NCBI GenBank assembly: GCA_934667425.1
Contig: CAKULV010000010.1
Span: 2,297-66,296 of the forward strand
Length of the DNA: 64,000 nucleotides
Source of the DNA: an uncultured Kiritimatiellota bacterium
GTDB lineage: Bacteria; Verrucomicrobiota; Kiritimatiellia; RFP12; UBA1067
Reading direction: 5' to 3'
The position numbers and the translations under genes are program-made. The first letter of the stretch is position 1. Every line of letters begins with the position of its first letter. A model generated the notes under the pieces. The model was not told the DNA's origin, ran no database searches, and worked only from the letters and a program-made list of their open reading frames with translations. This document shows positions 10,456-19,540 of this stretch, one piece after another.

Positions 10456-11226
10456 ATGACATTGCCAGAGAGGACATCAGCGATACTTGACAGGTGCTTG
10501 GCCGTACTTCACCCCTGTCTGCACGGCTTTACGGGAGACACACCCGAGGCCAACATCGGCGCAATAAGGGCGGAGCTGGAGGACATCGTATCCTGTCTGA
10601 TGCCGGATGCCGACAACCGGGCTGTGGTGTCCGACTTCATCGCAAAGATCCCATCGATCAGGAACACGCTGGATTCCGACGTGCAGGCGGCATATGAAGG
10701 CGATCCGGCAGCCACAAGCCGGATGGAGGTCGTGGTCTCGTATCCGGGCCTGTACGCCGTCACGGTACACAGGCTCGCGCATGAGCTGTATCTGCAGAAG
10801 GTGCCGATCCTGCCGCGAGTGATGAGCGAGATCGCGCACTCGAAGACGGGGATCGACATCCATCCCGGGGCGACGATAGGCGAAGGCTTCTTCATCGACC
10901 ACGGCACTGGAGTCGTAATAGGCGAGACGACGGTCATAGGAAAGAACGTGAAGCTCTACCAGGGCGTGACACTTGGGGCCATCAGCTTCCCGAAGGACAA
11001 GAAGACCGGTATCCTCATGAAGGGACACAAGCGCCATCCCAATGTGGAAGACAATGTGGTGATTTATGCAGGGGCCACGATCCTTGGCGGCGACACGGTG
11101 ATTGGCCACGATTCGGAAATCGGAGGAAACGTGTGGCTGATGGAATCGATCCCGCCGCACTCGCGGGTCTACAACAAGCCGCCTGCGCCCGAAATCAGGG
11201 GGAAAAAGAGAAGCGATGAAACTTGA
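10456..11226 (+). CDS. cysE: serine O-acetyltransferase
   Basis: Hexapeptide-repeat core [43 protein letters not shown]. An N-terminal SATase helical domain is present. Confidence 0.85.
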   Translation: MTLPERTSAILDRCLAVLHPCLHGFTGDTPEANIGAIRAELEDIVSCLMPDADNRAVVSDFIAKIPSIRNTLDSDVQAAYEGDPAATSRMEVVVSYPGLYAVTVHRLAHELYLQKVPILPRVMSEIAHSKTGIDIHPGATIGEGFFIDHGTGVVIGETTVIGKNVKLYQGVTLGAISFPKDKKTGILMKGHKRHPNVEDNVVIYAGATILGGDTVIGHDSEIGGNVWLMESIPPHSRVYNKPPAPEIRGKKRSDET

Positions 11227-12016
11227 GCTTGAATTGGACCGTCCGCTTGTCGTGTTCGACATCGAATCGACCGGCGTCAATCCGCGCCAGGATCGCATAA
11301 TCGAGCTTGCCGCCGTAAAGCTGTACCCAGATGGGCGCGAGGAGACCAAAACCTGGCTGCTCAACCCTACGGTCAAGATCCCGCCAGAAACCACGGCGAT
11401 ACACGGCATTACCGACGATATCGTGAAGGATTGCCCGACGTTCAGCGAAAAGGCGGACGAGATATATTCGTATTTCGATGGATGCGACCTTTCGGGATTC
11501 AATGCAGACCGGTTCGACATCCCGTGCCTTGAGGAGGAGTTTGCGCGCGTGGGGCGCGACTTCGGCGCATCCCGCCGGCGGCACATCGACGTGCAGCGCA
11601 TCTACCACAGGATGGAGCCGCGCGACCTGACCGCAGCAGTGAGGTTCTACCTCGGCCGCGACCATTTAGGCGCCCATGGCGCAGAGGCCGACGCCAAGGC
11701 AACGGCCGAAGTCCTCAAGGCGCAGATGGTGAAGTACCCGGATCTCCCGAAGACGTCGGGGGATATGGACGAGTACCTCGTGCCGCACGACCCGATGAAC
11801 GCGGACCGTCAGGGCATGATAAGGTGGATAGACGGCGCCTGGTGCATAAACTTCGGCAAGAAGAAGGGCATGAAGCTCGCGAGTCTGCTGGCCAACGAGC
11901 GCAACTACCTCAGGTGGATCGTCAATGGCGGATTCGACACCGAGGTGCGCCAGATAGTCGGCGAGTTCATGGAGCGCGGCGTCTTGCCGCCGCCACCGAT
12001 CGCAGCGAAAAAGTGA
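11216..12016 (+). CDS. DEDDh 3'-5' exonuclease (DnaQ/epsilon-like) with C-terminal extension
   Basis: Exo motifs [27 protein letters not shown] and HGAEADA are present. Overlaps the cysE end by 11 nt. Confidence 0.75.
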   Translation: MKLELELDRPLVVFDIESTGVNPRQDRIIELAAVKLYPDGREETKTWLLNPTVKIPPETTAIHGITDDIVKDCPTFSEKADEIYSYFDGCDLSGFNADRFDIPCLEEEFARVGRDFGASRRRHIDVQRIYHRMEPRDLTAAVRFYLGRDHLGAHGAEADAKATAEVLKAQMVKYPDLPKTSGDMDEYLVPHDPMNADRQGMIRWIDGAWCINFGKKKGMKLASLLANERNYLRWIVNGGFDTEVRQIVGEFMERGVLPPPPIAAKK

Positions 12017-12033
12017 ATGTGGACACATGCGTA

Positions 12034-12058
12034 CGCTTGAAAACGGAAGCGGCTTTTT
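12034..12058 (+). terminator. weak intrinsic terminator candidate after the exonuclease gene
   Basis: Stem CGCTT / AAGCG with an 8-nt loop, followed by GCTTTTT. Only 5 bp of stem. Confidence 0.25.
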
Positions 12059-12076
12059 GATAAACTAAACGGAAGC
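12041..12076 (+). repeat. direct repeat AAACGGAAGC x2 (12041-12050 and 12067-12076) in an intergenic region
   Basis: Two exact 10-mers lie 26 nt apart, upstream of the gene starting at 12103. Confidence 0.6.
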
Positions 12077-12102
12077 AATTCATACAGAAGAAAGGACTTG
12101 GC

Positions 12103-13203
12103 ATGAACAGACGTGATTTCTTGAGACTATCCGCCGCGGCATCGGCGTCCGCCGTTGCGGGATGCGCGACCAGACAGGCGATTCCGCAGTGGACTGGCTC
12201 CGGCAAGATCAAGGCATTCCTTCTCCACCTCGGGCACAACATGTGGTGCGAGTGGCTCCCGGACGACCTGAACGCCACTGCGAAGATACACGACGGCTAC
12301 GTCCCCAACCTCAAGCTCCGCAACCGTGACGAATTGTGGGACCGTGCGACCCGGCGCATGGCGGAGAGGAAGCTCAACATGCTCGTCATTGACATCGGCG
12401 AAGGCCTCGTGTACCCCAGCCATCCCGAACTCGCGATAGAGGGCAGCTGGACTCCCGACAAGCTTCGTTCCGAGATCATCCGTCTGCGTGGAATGGGCAT
12501 CGAGGCGATCCCTAAGCTGAATTTCTCTGCAACGCACGACGGGTGGCTCAAGCACTACCACCGCATGCTCACCCTGCCAAAGTACTATGAGGTCGTAAGG
12601 GATGTGATCCGCGACGTGGCGGAGGTGTTCGAGACGCCAAGGTTCTTCCACCTTGGATTTGACGAAGAGGCGACAAGCCATTCGGGGAACCGCAACTACT
12701 TCGTCATGCGCACAGGGGACATGTGGTGGCACGACTTCCTCTACACGGTCAGGTGCACGGAGGATTGCGGATGCCGTCCATGGGTGTGGAGCGACTATGG
12801 ATGGGATCATCCGGACTATTTCAAGCGGTGTCCGAAGAGCGTTGTGCAGAGCAACTGGTACTACGACGAGAGCTACGGAGGATTCGATCTAGCGAAGAAC
12901 AAGACCTCCGACCACAAGCGGCTCAAGGAATTCTGGGATCTGGAGGCGGCGGGATTCGACCAGATCCCGTGCGGCACGAACTGGGTCGGCTGGAAGCGCC
13001 GCAAGGAGAACGTCGGCGCCGACGACGTGATCGGCAAACTGGTCAAGCTCGGCCGCGAGGTGATCTCCGACAGGCATCTCCTTGGATTCATGATGGCTCC
13101 CTGGGCTTCGTGCGACAGCGAGGAGAATCTCCAGAAGAACCTCAGCGGCGTAGACCTGTTTGCGGACGCCCTTGAGGGCAAAATCGCTCAGCAGAGGCGA
13201 TAA
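12103..13203 (+). CDS. Tat-signal lipoprotein, putative TIM-barrel glycoside-hydrolase-like protein (family unknown)
   Basis: Twin-arginine leader MNRRDFLRLSAAASASAVAGC includes a lipobox (VAGC). FHLGFDEE is reminiscent of GH20-like acid/base blocks. Function is uncertain. Confidence 0.55.
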   Translation: MNRRDFLRLSAAASASAVAGCATRQAIPQWTGSGKIKAFLLHLGHNMWCEWLPDDLNATAKIHDGYVPNLKLRNRDELWDRATRRMAERKLNMLVIDIGEGLVYPSHPELAIEGSWTPDKLRSEIIRLRGMGIEAIPKLNFSATHDGWLKHYHRMLTLPKYYEVVRDVIRDVAEVFETPRFFHLGFDEEATSHSGNRNYFVMRTGDMWWHDFLYTVRCTEDCGCRPWVWSDYGWDHPDYFKRCPKSVVQSNWYYDESYGGFDLAKNKTSDHKRLKEFWDLEAAGFDQIPCGTNWVGWKRRKENVGADDVIGKLVKLGREVISDRHLLGFMMAPWASCDSEENLQKNLSGVDLFADALEGKIAQQRR

Positions 13204-13206
13204 CCG

Positions 13207-14601
13207 ATGTTCAACAACAAAGTCTACCACAAGATCGATGCGCTGTCTGGAAGCGTGGCGACGCTTCGGGCCGAAGGCGTGAAGTACAACGAGATCGCCG
13301 AGATCGAATCACGCGCCGGCGTGTCGCTCGCCCAGGTCATAAAGCTCGACGGCCCCAACGTGACGCTCCAGGTGTTCGCCGGAGCGCGTGGCGTGGACAC
13401 TGCGGCGAAGGTGCGGTTCCTCGGCGAAACCATGAAGGTGCCGTTCTCGCACAAGCTGCTGGGCCGCGCCTTCACGGGGGCATGTGTGCCGAGGGATGGC
13501 GGGCCGGAGATCGATGACGACCCATCCCCGATCGGGCAGCCGTCCGTCAATCCGGCGAAGCGCATAATGCCTAACCAGATGGTGCGCACCAACATACCGA
13601 TGATCGACCTCTTCAATTCGCTGGTCAAGTCGCAGAAACTTCCGATCTTCGCGCGGGCAGGCGAACCGTACAACGAACTGCTCGCCCGCATCGCCCTCCA
13701 GGCCAACTCCGACGTGATCGTGATCGGCGGCATGGGGCTTAAGTACGACGAATACCTGAAGCTCCGCAGCACCCTCGACGAGTCTGGCGCACTTGCGCGT
13801 ACGGTCATGTTTGTCCACACGGCTGCGGATCCGACTGTAGAATGCATGCTGGTGCCGGATGTGTCGCTTGCGGTCGCGGAGAAGTTCGCCCTTGAGGGCA
13901 AGGATGTGCTGGTGCTGCTTACGGACATGACGTCCTTCGCCGACGCCATGAAGGAGATCGCGATAACCATGGAGCAGATTCCATCCAACCGCGGCTATCC
14001 GGGAGACCTCTACTCGCAGCTTGCGGCGCGTTACGAGAAGGCCGTGGACTTCGATGGCGCAGGGTCGATCACCATACTTGCCGTAACGACGATGCCCGGC
14101 GATGACGTGACCCATCCCGTGCCGGACAACACCGGATACATAACGGAAGGGCAGTTCTACCTGCGGAACGGAAGGATCGAGCCGTTCGGTTCGCTCAGCC
14201 GTCTCAAGCAGCAGGTGAACAAGGGAGTGGATCCTTCCGACCGGAAGTTCCTTGATGGCAAGGGCATTGAGAATGCGGATGCTTTGTCCGACAGGGATGC
14301 GATCCGGCTTGCGAACACGACGAGGGAGGATCACCGCACTATCATGGATGCCATGATCAAGCTCTACGCCTCCTACAAGGAAGCGGTCGAGAAGCAGTCC
14401 ATGGGATTCAAGATGAGCGGCTGGGACCAGAAACTCCTGAAATACGGGGACATGTTCGAGCGCAAGATGATGGATCTTTCCGTAAACATCGAGCTTGTGG
14501 ACGCGCTTGACCTCGGATGGCGCATCCTTTCCGAATGCTTCGAGAAGGGCGAGGTTGGCATACCGTCCAAATTCACGGACAGGTACTGGCCCAAGAATTG
14601 A
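13207..14601 (+). CDS. atpB: V/A-type ATPase subunit B (non-catalytic), chlamydia/PVC-like
   Basis: Motifs [83 protein letters not shown] and TREDH are present. The P-loop position is degenerate (FARAGEPYN), as in B subunits. Confidence 0.85.
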   Translation: MFNNKVYHKIDALSGSVATLRAEGVKYNEIAEIESRAGVSLAQVIKLDGPNVTLQVFAGARGVDTAAKVRFLGETMKVPFSHKLLGRAFTGACVPRDGGPEIDDDPSPIGQPSVNPAKRIMPNQMVRTNIPMIDLFNSLVKSQKLPIFARAGEPYNELLARIALQANSDVIVIGGMGLKYDEYLKLRSTLDESGALARTVMFVHTAADPTVECMLVPDVSLAVAEKFALEGKDVLVLLTDMTSFADAMKEIAITMEQIPSNRGYPGDLYSQLAARYEKAVDFDGAGSITILAVTTMPGDDVTHPVPDNTGYITEGQFYLRNGRIEPFGSLSRLKQQVNKGVDPSDRKFLDGKGIENADALSDRDAIRLANTTREDHRTIMDAMIKLYASYKEAVEKQSMGFKMSGWDQKLLKYGDMFERKMMDLSVNIELVDALDLGWRILSECFEKGEVGIPSKFTDRYWPKN

Positions 14602-14609
14602 GGCGTCCA

Positions 14610-14876
14610 ATGGGTAAAGCCATCATCCAGTTGCTGTTTTGCGTCTCGATTGCCTCGTCAGCCCACTGTGCGGACAAGGTTGCGAAAACGCAGAAGCCCG
14701 AACCGTTTGGCGACGAATTGCTCGTGCAGGTGAAGTCCTCGATTGACGGCACCATGCAGCCGTGTTGGTTTTGGGCCCCATCCAAGGCCACTGATGAGCA
14801 GGTGCCGCTAATAGTCGGTCTCCACACGTGGAGCGCCGACTATAGACATGGGCGCGAAGAGGCCCTTGGCAAGTGA
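14610..14876 (+). pseudogene. 88-aa remnant: signal peptide plus N-terminal start of an alpha/beta-hydrolase (esterase/peptidase-like), truncated
   Basis: MGKAIIQLLFCVSIASSAHCA leader, then ..PCWFWAPSK..VPLIVGLHTWSADY, typical of the first strands of COG1506-type esterases. Stops at 14876, far short of a full fold. No continuation in any + frame before 14923. Confidence 0.35.
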
Positions 14877-14922
14877 ACAGAGGACATCGTCAACTTTCTA
14901 GGAAGATTGCGGGAAAGCCAAA

Positions 14923-16359
14923 ATGAGCATGATCGAGCAAAAGGGAATGTATCGTGAGTTTCCGCGCAGCGGAAAGCCGCACGCGCGAACAACCCATTAC
15001 TGTCCAGGCTGTGGCCATGGCATCGTGAACAAGCTGATAGCGGAGGCTTGCGCCGAACTTGGGCTTCAGGACAACACCATTTTCGTCGATCCGGTAGGTT
15101 GCGGCGTGTTCACGTACTACTATTGGGACGCGGCCCACGTGTCTGCGGCGCACGGGCGTGCCTCCGCAGCGGCGACAGGCGTCTGCCGGGCGCGTCCGGA
15201 ATCCGTTACGATCGCCTACCAGGGGGATGGCGATCTCGGAGCAATCGGCTTCAACAACGCATTCCAGGCGGCAAGCAGGGGCGAGCATTTCGGGTGCATA
15301 TTCATAAACAACTCGCTGTATGGAATGACCGGCGGGCAGATGGCCCCGACGACACTTGAGGGCGAGAAGACGACAACCACTCCTTTTGGGCGGGACCCGT
15401 CTTTGACTGGACATCCACTTCATGTCTGCGAAGTGTTCAACCAGCTGCAGGCGCCCGTGTACATCGCCCGGGTTTCGGTCGCCGACACCAGGCGCATCAT
15501 GCAGTGCAAGCAGGCGATACGTCGCGTGTTTGACATCCAGCGGAACCACAAGGGGTATGCGCTACTTGAGATACTTGCGCCATGCCCGACAAACTTCAGG
15601 ATGTCTCCGGACGTCGCGGCCAAGTTCTGCATGAACGAGATGGAGCGCGAATTCCCCCTCGGAACTTTTCGCGACGTCGAGAAGGGCGTAAGCGGCATCG
15701 AGCCGGTCAAACATCCCGAATCGCAATCGCTGGCCATTCATTCCGTTCCGCTGAAACGCTCCTGCGCAGAGCTCTTTGACGAGGGCGATCATGTGCCGGA
15801 GGCGATCGATTCGCCGAACGTGCCGGAACGGCGCTTCAAGTTCGCCGGCTATGGCGGACAGGGGGTGCTGTCGCTTGGCCTTTGCATAGCGGAAGCGGCT
15901 CGCCTTGAGCGGAGGCACACGCTATGGTTCCCAAGTTACGGACCGGAGCAGCGCGGCGGCAGCGCCAACTGCTCCGTGGTGATTTCGGGTACCGCGATCG
16001 GGGCTCCGACGGTGGAGCATCCGGATGTCCTCGTATGCATGAACCAGCCGGCATACGAGCGCTTCGCGAACGACGTCAAGGAGGGTGGGGCCATCGTGGT
16101 GGACGAATCCGTGCCGCTGAATTTCGAGCCGCCCAAGGGCGTCACGCTCTATCGCTGGCCTGCCATCAAGATGGCCGAGGATTTCGGCGTACCAAAGGCG
16201 GCCAATACGATGATGCTCGCGGCACTCAGGAAATTCGGCCTCACCGGGCTTTCCGGGGAAAACCTCGAGACGGCGCTCGTCGCGTCCTTCAAGAAGAAGC
16301 CCGAACTTGGCGAAAAGAACCGCGAACTGCTTAGAAAGGCCTGCGGCGAAGGAATTTAG
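14923..16359 (+). CDS. 2-oxoacid:ferredoxin oxidoreductase, fused beta (TPP-binding) and gamma subunits
   Basis: The N-terminal half carries YCPGCGHG and GDGD..G TPP motifs. From about residue 303 the sequence reads RFKFAGYGGQGVLSLG...FPSYGPEQRGGSANCSVVIS, the POR gamma-domain signature. Confidence 0.85.
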   Translation: MSMIEQKGMYREFPRSGKPHARTTHYCPGCGHGIVNKLIAEACAELGLQDNTIFVDPVGCGVFTYYYWDAAHVSAAHGRASAAATGVCRARPESVTIAYQGDGDLGAIGFNNAFQAASRGEHFGCIFINNSLYGMTGGQMAPTTLEGEKTTTTPFGRDPSLTGHPLHVCEVFNQLQAPVYIARVSVADTRRIMQCKQAIRRVFDIQRNHKGYALLEILAPCPTNFRMSPDVAAKFCMNEMEREFPLGTFRDVEKGVSGIEPVKHPESQSLAIHSVPLKRSCAELFDEGDHVPEAIDSPNVPERRFKFAGYGGQGVLSLGLCIAEAARLERRHTLWFPSYGPEQRGGSANCSVVISGTAIGAPTVEHPDVLVCMNQPAYERFANDVKEGGAIVVDESVPLNFEPPKGVTLYRWPAIKMAEDFGVPKAANTMMLAALRKFGLTGLSGENLETALVASFKKKPELGEKNRELLRKACGEGI

Positions 16360-16366
16360 CCGGGAG

Positions 16367-17644
16367 CTACGCCCTTCCGCCCAAAGCGGTCATACGTTGT
16401 GCGATGGTCGCCTCGTAGCCACGGTCGGAAGGGGTGTAGTACTTCTTCGGGATCTTGAGGTAACTCTGCCGCACCCAGGCATCCTGGAAGTCGTGAGGGT
16501 AGATGTAGTCCTTTGACCTGTCCTTGCCGATTGCCTTCACGTGCACATTCTTGAGATGTTCGGGGACGGGCTGCACCGCACCGGACTGGATATCGGCCAT
16601 TGCGCTATCCAATGCCGCGTAGGAACGGTTTGACTTTGGAGCGGTTGCAAGGTATGTGGTTGCCTGTGCCAGCGAAATGCGGGCTTCCGGCATGCCGATG
16701 AACTCCACGGCCTGCAATGCGTTTACGGCGATTGTCAGGCCTCGCGGATCGGCGTTGCCTATGTCCTCCGAGGCGAGGATCACGAGGCGTCGGGCAATGA
16801 AGCGCGGATCCTCCCCGGCCACAAGCATCTTCGCGAGCCAGTATATGGCGGCATCCGGATCAGAGCCACGCACCGACTTTATGAACGCGGAAATGGTGTC
16901 GTAGTGCCCGTCCTCCTTCTTGTCGTACTGGACAAGCCTTTTCTGGATGCACTCCTCGATAACCTCCAGCGTGAGGTGGATCATGCCGTCATCGGAGGCC
17001 GGAGTTGACCGGAATGCGATCTCAAGGGCCGTGAGCGCGTGTCGGGCATCTCCGTCGCACATCTCGGCGAGAAAGCGCTTTGCGTCCGAATCAAACACGG
17101 AAGGGTAGTCGCCGTACCCTCGCTCCTTGTCGGAACAGGCCCTGTCGAGAAGGGCGGCCACGTCCTCCGGGCCAAGTGGCTTCAGCTCAAACACAAGAGA
17201 CCTGGACGTGAGAGGGGTGTTTACGAACATCGACGGATTATGGGTCGTCGCCCCGATCAGCACCACAGAGCCATCCTCCACGTACGGAAGGAGTACATCC
17301 TGCTGCGCCTTGTTGAACCTGTGTATCTCATCGACGAACAGTATGGTGCCTGGCCCGCCAAGTTCCGTACGGGCCCTGTCGCAGACCTTGCGGATTTCCG
17401 CGACATTCGATATCACGCCGGAACATCTTACGAAGTTCCGCCTGGTCGTCCTCGCTATCACCTCGGCGAGCGTCGTCTTGCCGCATCCGGGCGGACCGAA
17501 AAGGATTATGTTAGTGATGCGGTCTGCCTCGATGACACGCCTAAGCAATTTTCCCTTGCCCAATATGTGATCCTGCCCGACAACCTCATCAATTGTCCGT
17601 GGACGCATGCGAGCCGCCAAAGGCTGTGTTTCACCGTATTCCAT
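16367..17644 (-). CDS. rarA: replication-associated recombination protein A (AAA+ ATPase)
   Basis: Walker A GPPGCGKTTLA, Walker B ILFVDEIHRFN and a MgsA C-terminal domain are present. Start is trimmed from 17698 to ATG 17644 (MEYGETQPLAARMRP) because a TGGTATAAT box lies inside the longer ORF. Confidence 0.9.
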   Translation of the reverse strand: MEYGETQPLAARMRPRTIDEVVGQDHILGKGKLLRRVIEADRITNIILFGPPGCGKTTLAEVIARTTRRNFVRCSGVISNVAEIRKVCDRARTELGGPGTILFVDEIHRFNKAQQDVLLPYVEDGSVVLIGATTHNPSMFVNTPLTSRSLVFELKPLGPEDVAALLDRACSDKERGYGDYPSVFDSDAKRFLAEMCDGDARHALTALEIAFRSTPASDDGMIHLTLEVIEECIQKRLVQYDKKEDGHYDTISAFIKSVRGSDPDAAIYWLAKMLVAGEDPRFIARRLVILASEDIGNADPRGLTIAVNALQAVEFIGMPEARISLAQATTYLATAPKSNRSYAALDSAMADIQSGAVQPVPEHLKNVHVKAIGKDRSKDYIYPHDFQDAWVRQSYLKIPKKYYTPSDRGYEATIAQRMTALGGRA

Positions 17645-17651
17645 GGTCAGA

Positions 17652-17660
17652 ATTATACCA
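17652..17660 (-). promoter_or_regulatory. extended -10 box TGGTATAAT, 7 nt upstream of the rarA ATG (leaderless-type)
   Basis: The minus strand reads TGGTATAAT-TCTGACC-ATG. Confidence 0.45.
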
Positions 17661-17690
17661 TAAAAAGTTTCCCCCCAATTTATTGAGTTG

Positions 17691-17699
17691 TGATACAAT
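17691..17699 (+). promoter_or_regulatory. extended -10 box TGATACAAT for the 17732 gene
   Basis: Lies 32 nt upstream of ATG 17732. A GCGGAG SD-like element lies between the box and the start. Confidence 0.35.
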
Positions 17700-17731
17700 A
17701 TGGGCGTTTGAAAAAAGCGGAGATGATATAT

Positions 17732-19540
17732 ATGAGAAAAATTCTCTTCGGTCTCGCGGCGGTTGCGGCGCTAAATATGTTTGCGGCAGATGTCAACCGG
17801 AAGCGCGACGTGATTTTCTATCATTACGACATGGTCCCCGTCCTATGGCCGAAGTCGCTCCCGTACAGCACGGAAGCCCTCATAAACGGTTTCGAAAATC
17901 CCAAGCGAATCATGGACGGCATCACCGCCAAGGCGATGGGGGCGGCAATACAGCCCGATACTTTTGTGTACGTCCCCATGGGGAACTTCGCAAATCTTTC
18001 CGTACACGTTCCGTCAAACGAGCCGCAGATGGCGCAGCCGGCCGGATCCTCGTGGCTTTCGGGCACAAGGAATGCGCTGCAGGACATAAAGAAGGCGGGG
18101 AAGGCCAGCGACCCGATATCGGCAATGAGCGAATTTGTCCGCAAGAAGCACAAGAAGGAGTTCTTTGTCGGCCTTTGCGTAAACGACACGTTCCTTCAGT
18201 CCGGATACAATCCGCTCAAGCCGCCGCCGCCGTATCTGGTCGACAACTACATGTTCAACTCATTCAAGGCGAAGCACCTTGATTGGCTCATGGGGTCTCA
18301 GAAGGATACGCCTCCGCTCAAGGGCCTGAAGGATAACTTCCCGCCGTATGCCAACAGCTGGTGCCTTGTCGACTACAACCAGCCGGAGGTGCGGGCAAAG
18401 TTTGCCGCGATAGCAACGGAGATAATCAAGGGCTACGATATCGATGGCCTGATGGTTGACTTCTGTCGCTTCCCGTGCCTCTTCCGCAGCGTTGCGTGGG
18501 GTGGCGTCGCGAGTGCCTCGCAGCGCCAGCTCGTCACGGAGATGATGGCGCAGATATCTGCGGCGGCAAAGGCGAAAGGGGTGCTGCTGGCCATTCGCAT
18601 CCCCGATTCGCAGCAGGCCTGCAAGGATGCAGGCATGGATGTTCAGGTCTGGTTTGAGCAGAAGCTCGTCGATCTGCTTTTCTTCGGAGGCAGCGAGATG
18701 AACCGCTGGAGCGAGTCCGGCGAATTCGCCAAGAAGTGCGGAGTGCCTTTCTACGCGACCATGGAGAACTCCCGCATCTACTCGTACAACGACGAGGGCG
18801 GACGCGAGGACGACCAGAGGATGCCGAGGCAGGTGCCGGAGGTCTATCGGGCCCGTGTCACGGAAGCGCGTCTTGCGGGGGCGAAGGGGATCATGTACAC
18901 ATCCGGGCGCACGGAATGGTGGGATAGCTGGTGGAACTACACGGATCCCCGCCTTTTCCAGCCGGAGCAGGAAAAGATTCGCCTTGAGAACAAGCGCTAT
19001 TTCGTGAACTACAGGCTTCGCACCTCGCGCTTCGTGAAGGACATGCTCAGGTACGCGCCGCTTCAGCGCCAGATCCTGACCACGTCCGGCCCAAGCGAGA
19101 TAAAGGGTACGGCCAAGTACGAGATCTACGTCTGGGACGATATGGACAAGCTCAAGGCAGAGCGCAAGCTTCCGAAGTGCTACCTCACGACCATCATGGA
19201 GATACCAAGCGGGTGGGACGTAGACGTGAGCCTGAACAACAAGCCGCTGAAGGTCATAAAGAAACGCGCCGGATCGCAGATATACGCAATACCATCCGGT
19301 ACGGTGCTGTATGGCAAGAACGACATCCTCCTGTCGGTCAAGGGAAGCAACAGGCGTGGTCTCGTGTCCCGCATCGGAAACATCGGGATCGACGTCGTAT
19401 TCAACGGGGACCTTGATGTCCTAAAGAAGTCGGGGAATGTCCCGGGGGCTTTGACCACGGCGGGCGGCGGCAAGGGGGGAGATGCCTCGAATGCCAATTC
19501 CACGTCCAGGAAATCCGTGAAGAAGGGAGGCCGCAAGTGA
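17732..19540 (+). CDS. secreted hypothetical protein, possibly glycoside-hydrolase-like TIM barrel (GHL10/DUF187-like; weak)
   Basis: Track ORF is trimmed to ATG 17732, giving the signal peptide MRKILFGLAAVAALNMFAA. YDIDGLMVDFCRFP resembles the GHL10 block. The tail is Gly/Lys-rich. Confidence 0.5.
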   Translation: MRKILFGLAAVAALNMFAADVNRKRDVIFYHYDMVPVLWPKSLPYSTEALINGFENPKRIMDGITAKAMGAAIQPDTFVYVPMGNFANLSVHVPSNEPQMAQPAGSSWLSGTRNALQDIKKAGKASDPISAMSEFVRKKHKKEFFVGLCVNDTFLQSGYNPLKPPPPYLVDNYMFNSFKAKHLDWLMGSQKDTPPLKGLKDNFPPYANSWCLVDYNQPEVRAKFAAIATEIIKGYDIDGLMVDFCRFPCLFRSVAWGGVASASQRQLVTEMMAQISAAAKAKGVLLAIRIPDSQQACKDAGMDVQVWFEQKLVDLLFFGGSEMNRWSESGEFAKKCGVPFYATMENSRIYSYNDEGGREDDQRMPRQVPEVYRARVTEARLAGAKGIMYTSGRTEWWDSWWNYTDPRLFQPEQEKIRLENKRYFVNYRLRTSRFVKDMLRYAPLQRQILTTSGPSEIKGTAKYEIYVWDDMDKLKAERKLPKCYLTTIMEIPSGWDVDVSLNNKPLKVIKKRAGSQIYAIPSGTVLYGKNDILLSVKGSNRRGLVSRIGNIGIDVVFNGDLDVLKKSGNVPGALTTAGGGKGGDASNANSTSRKSVKKGGRK

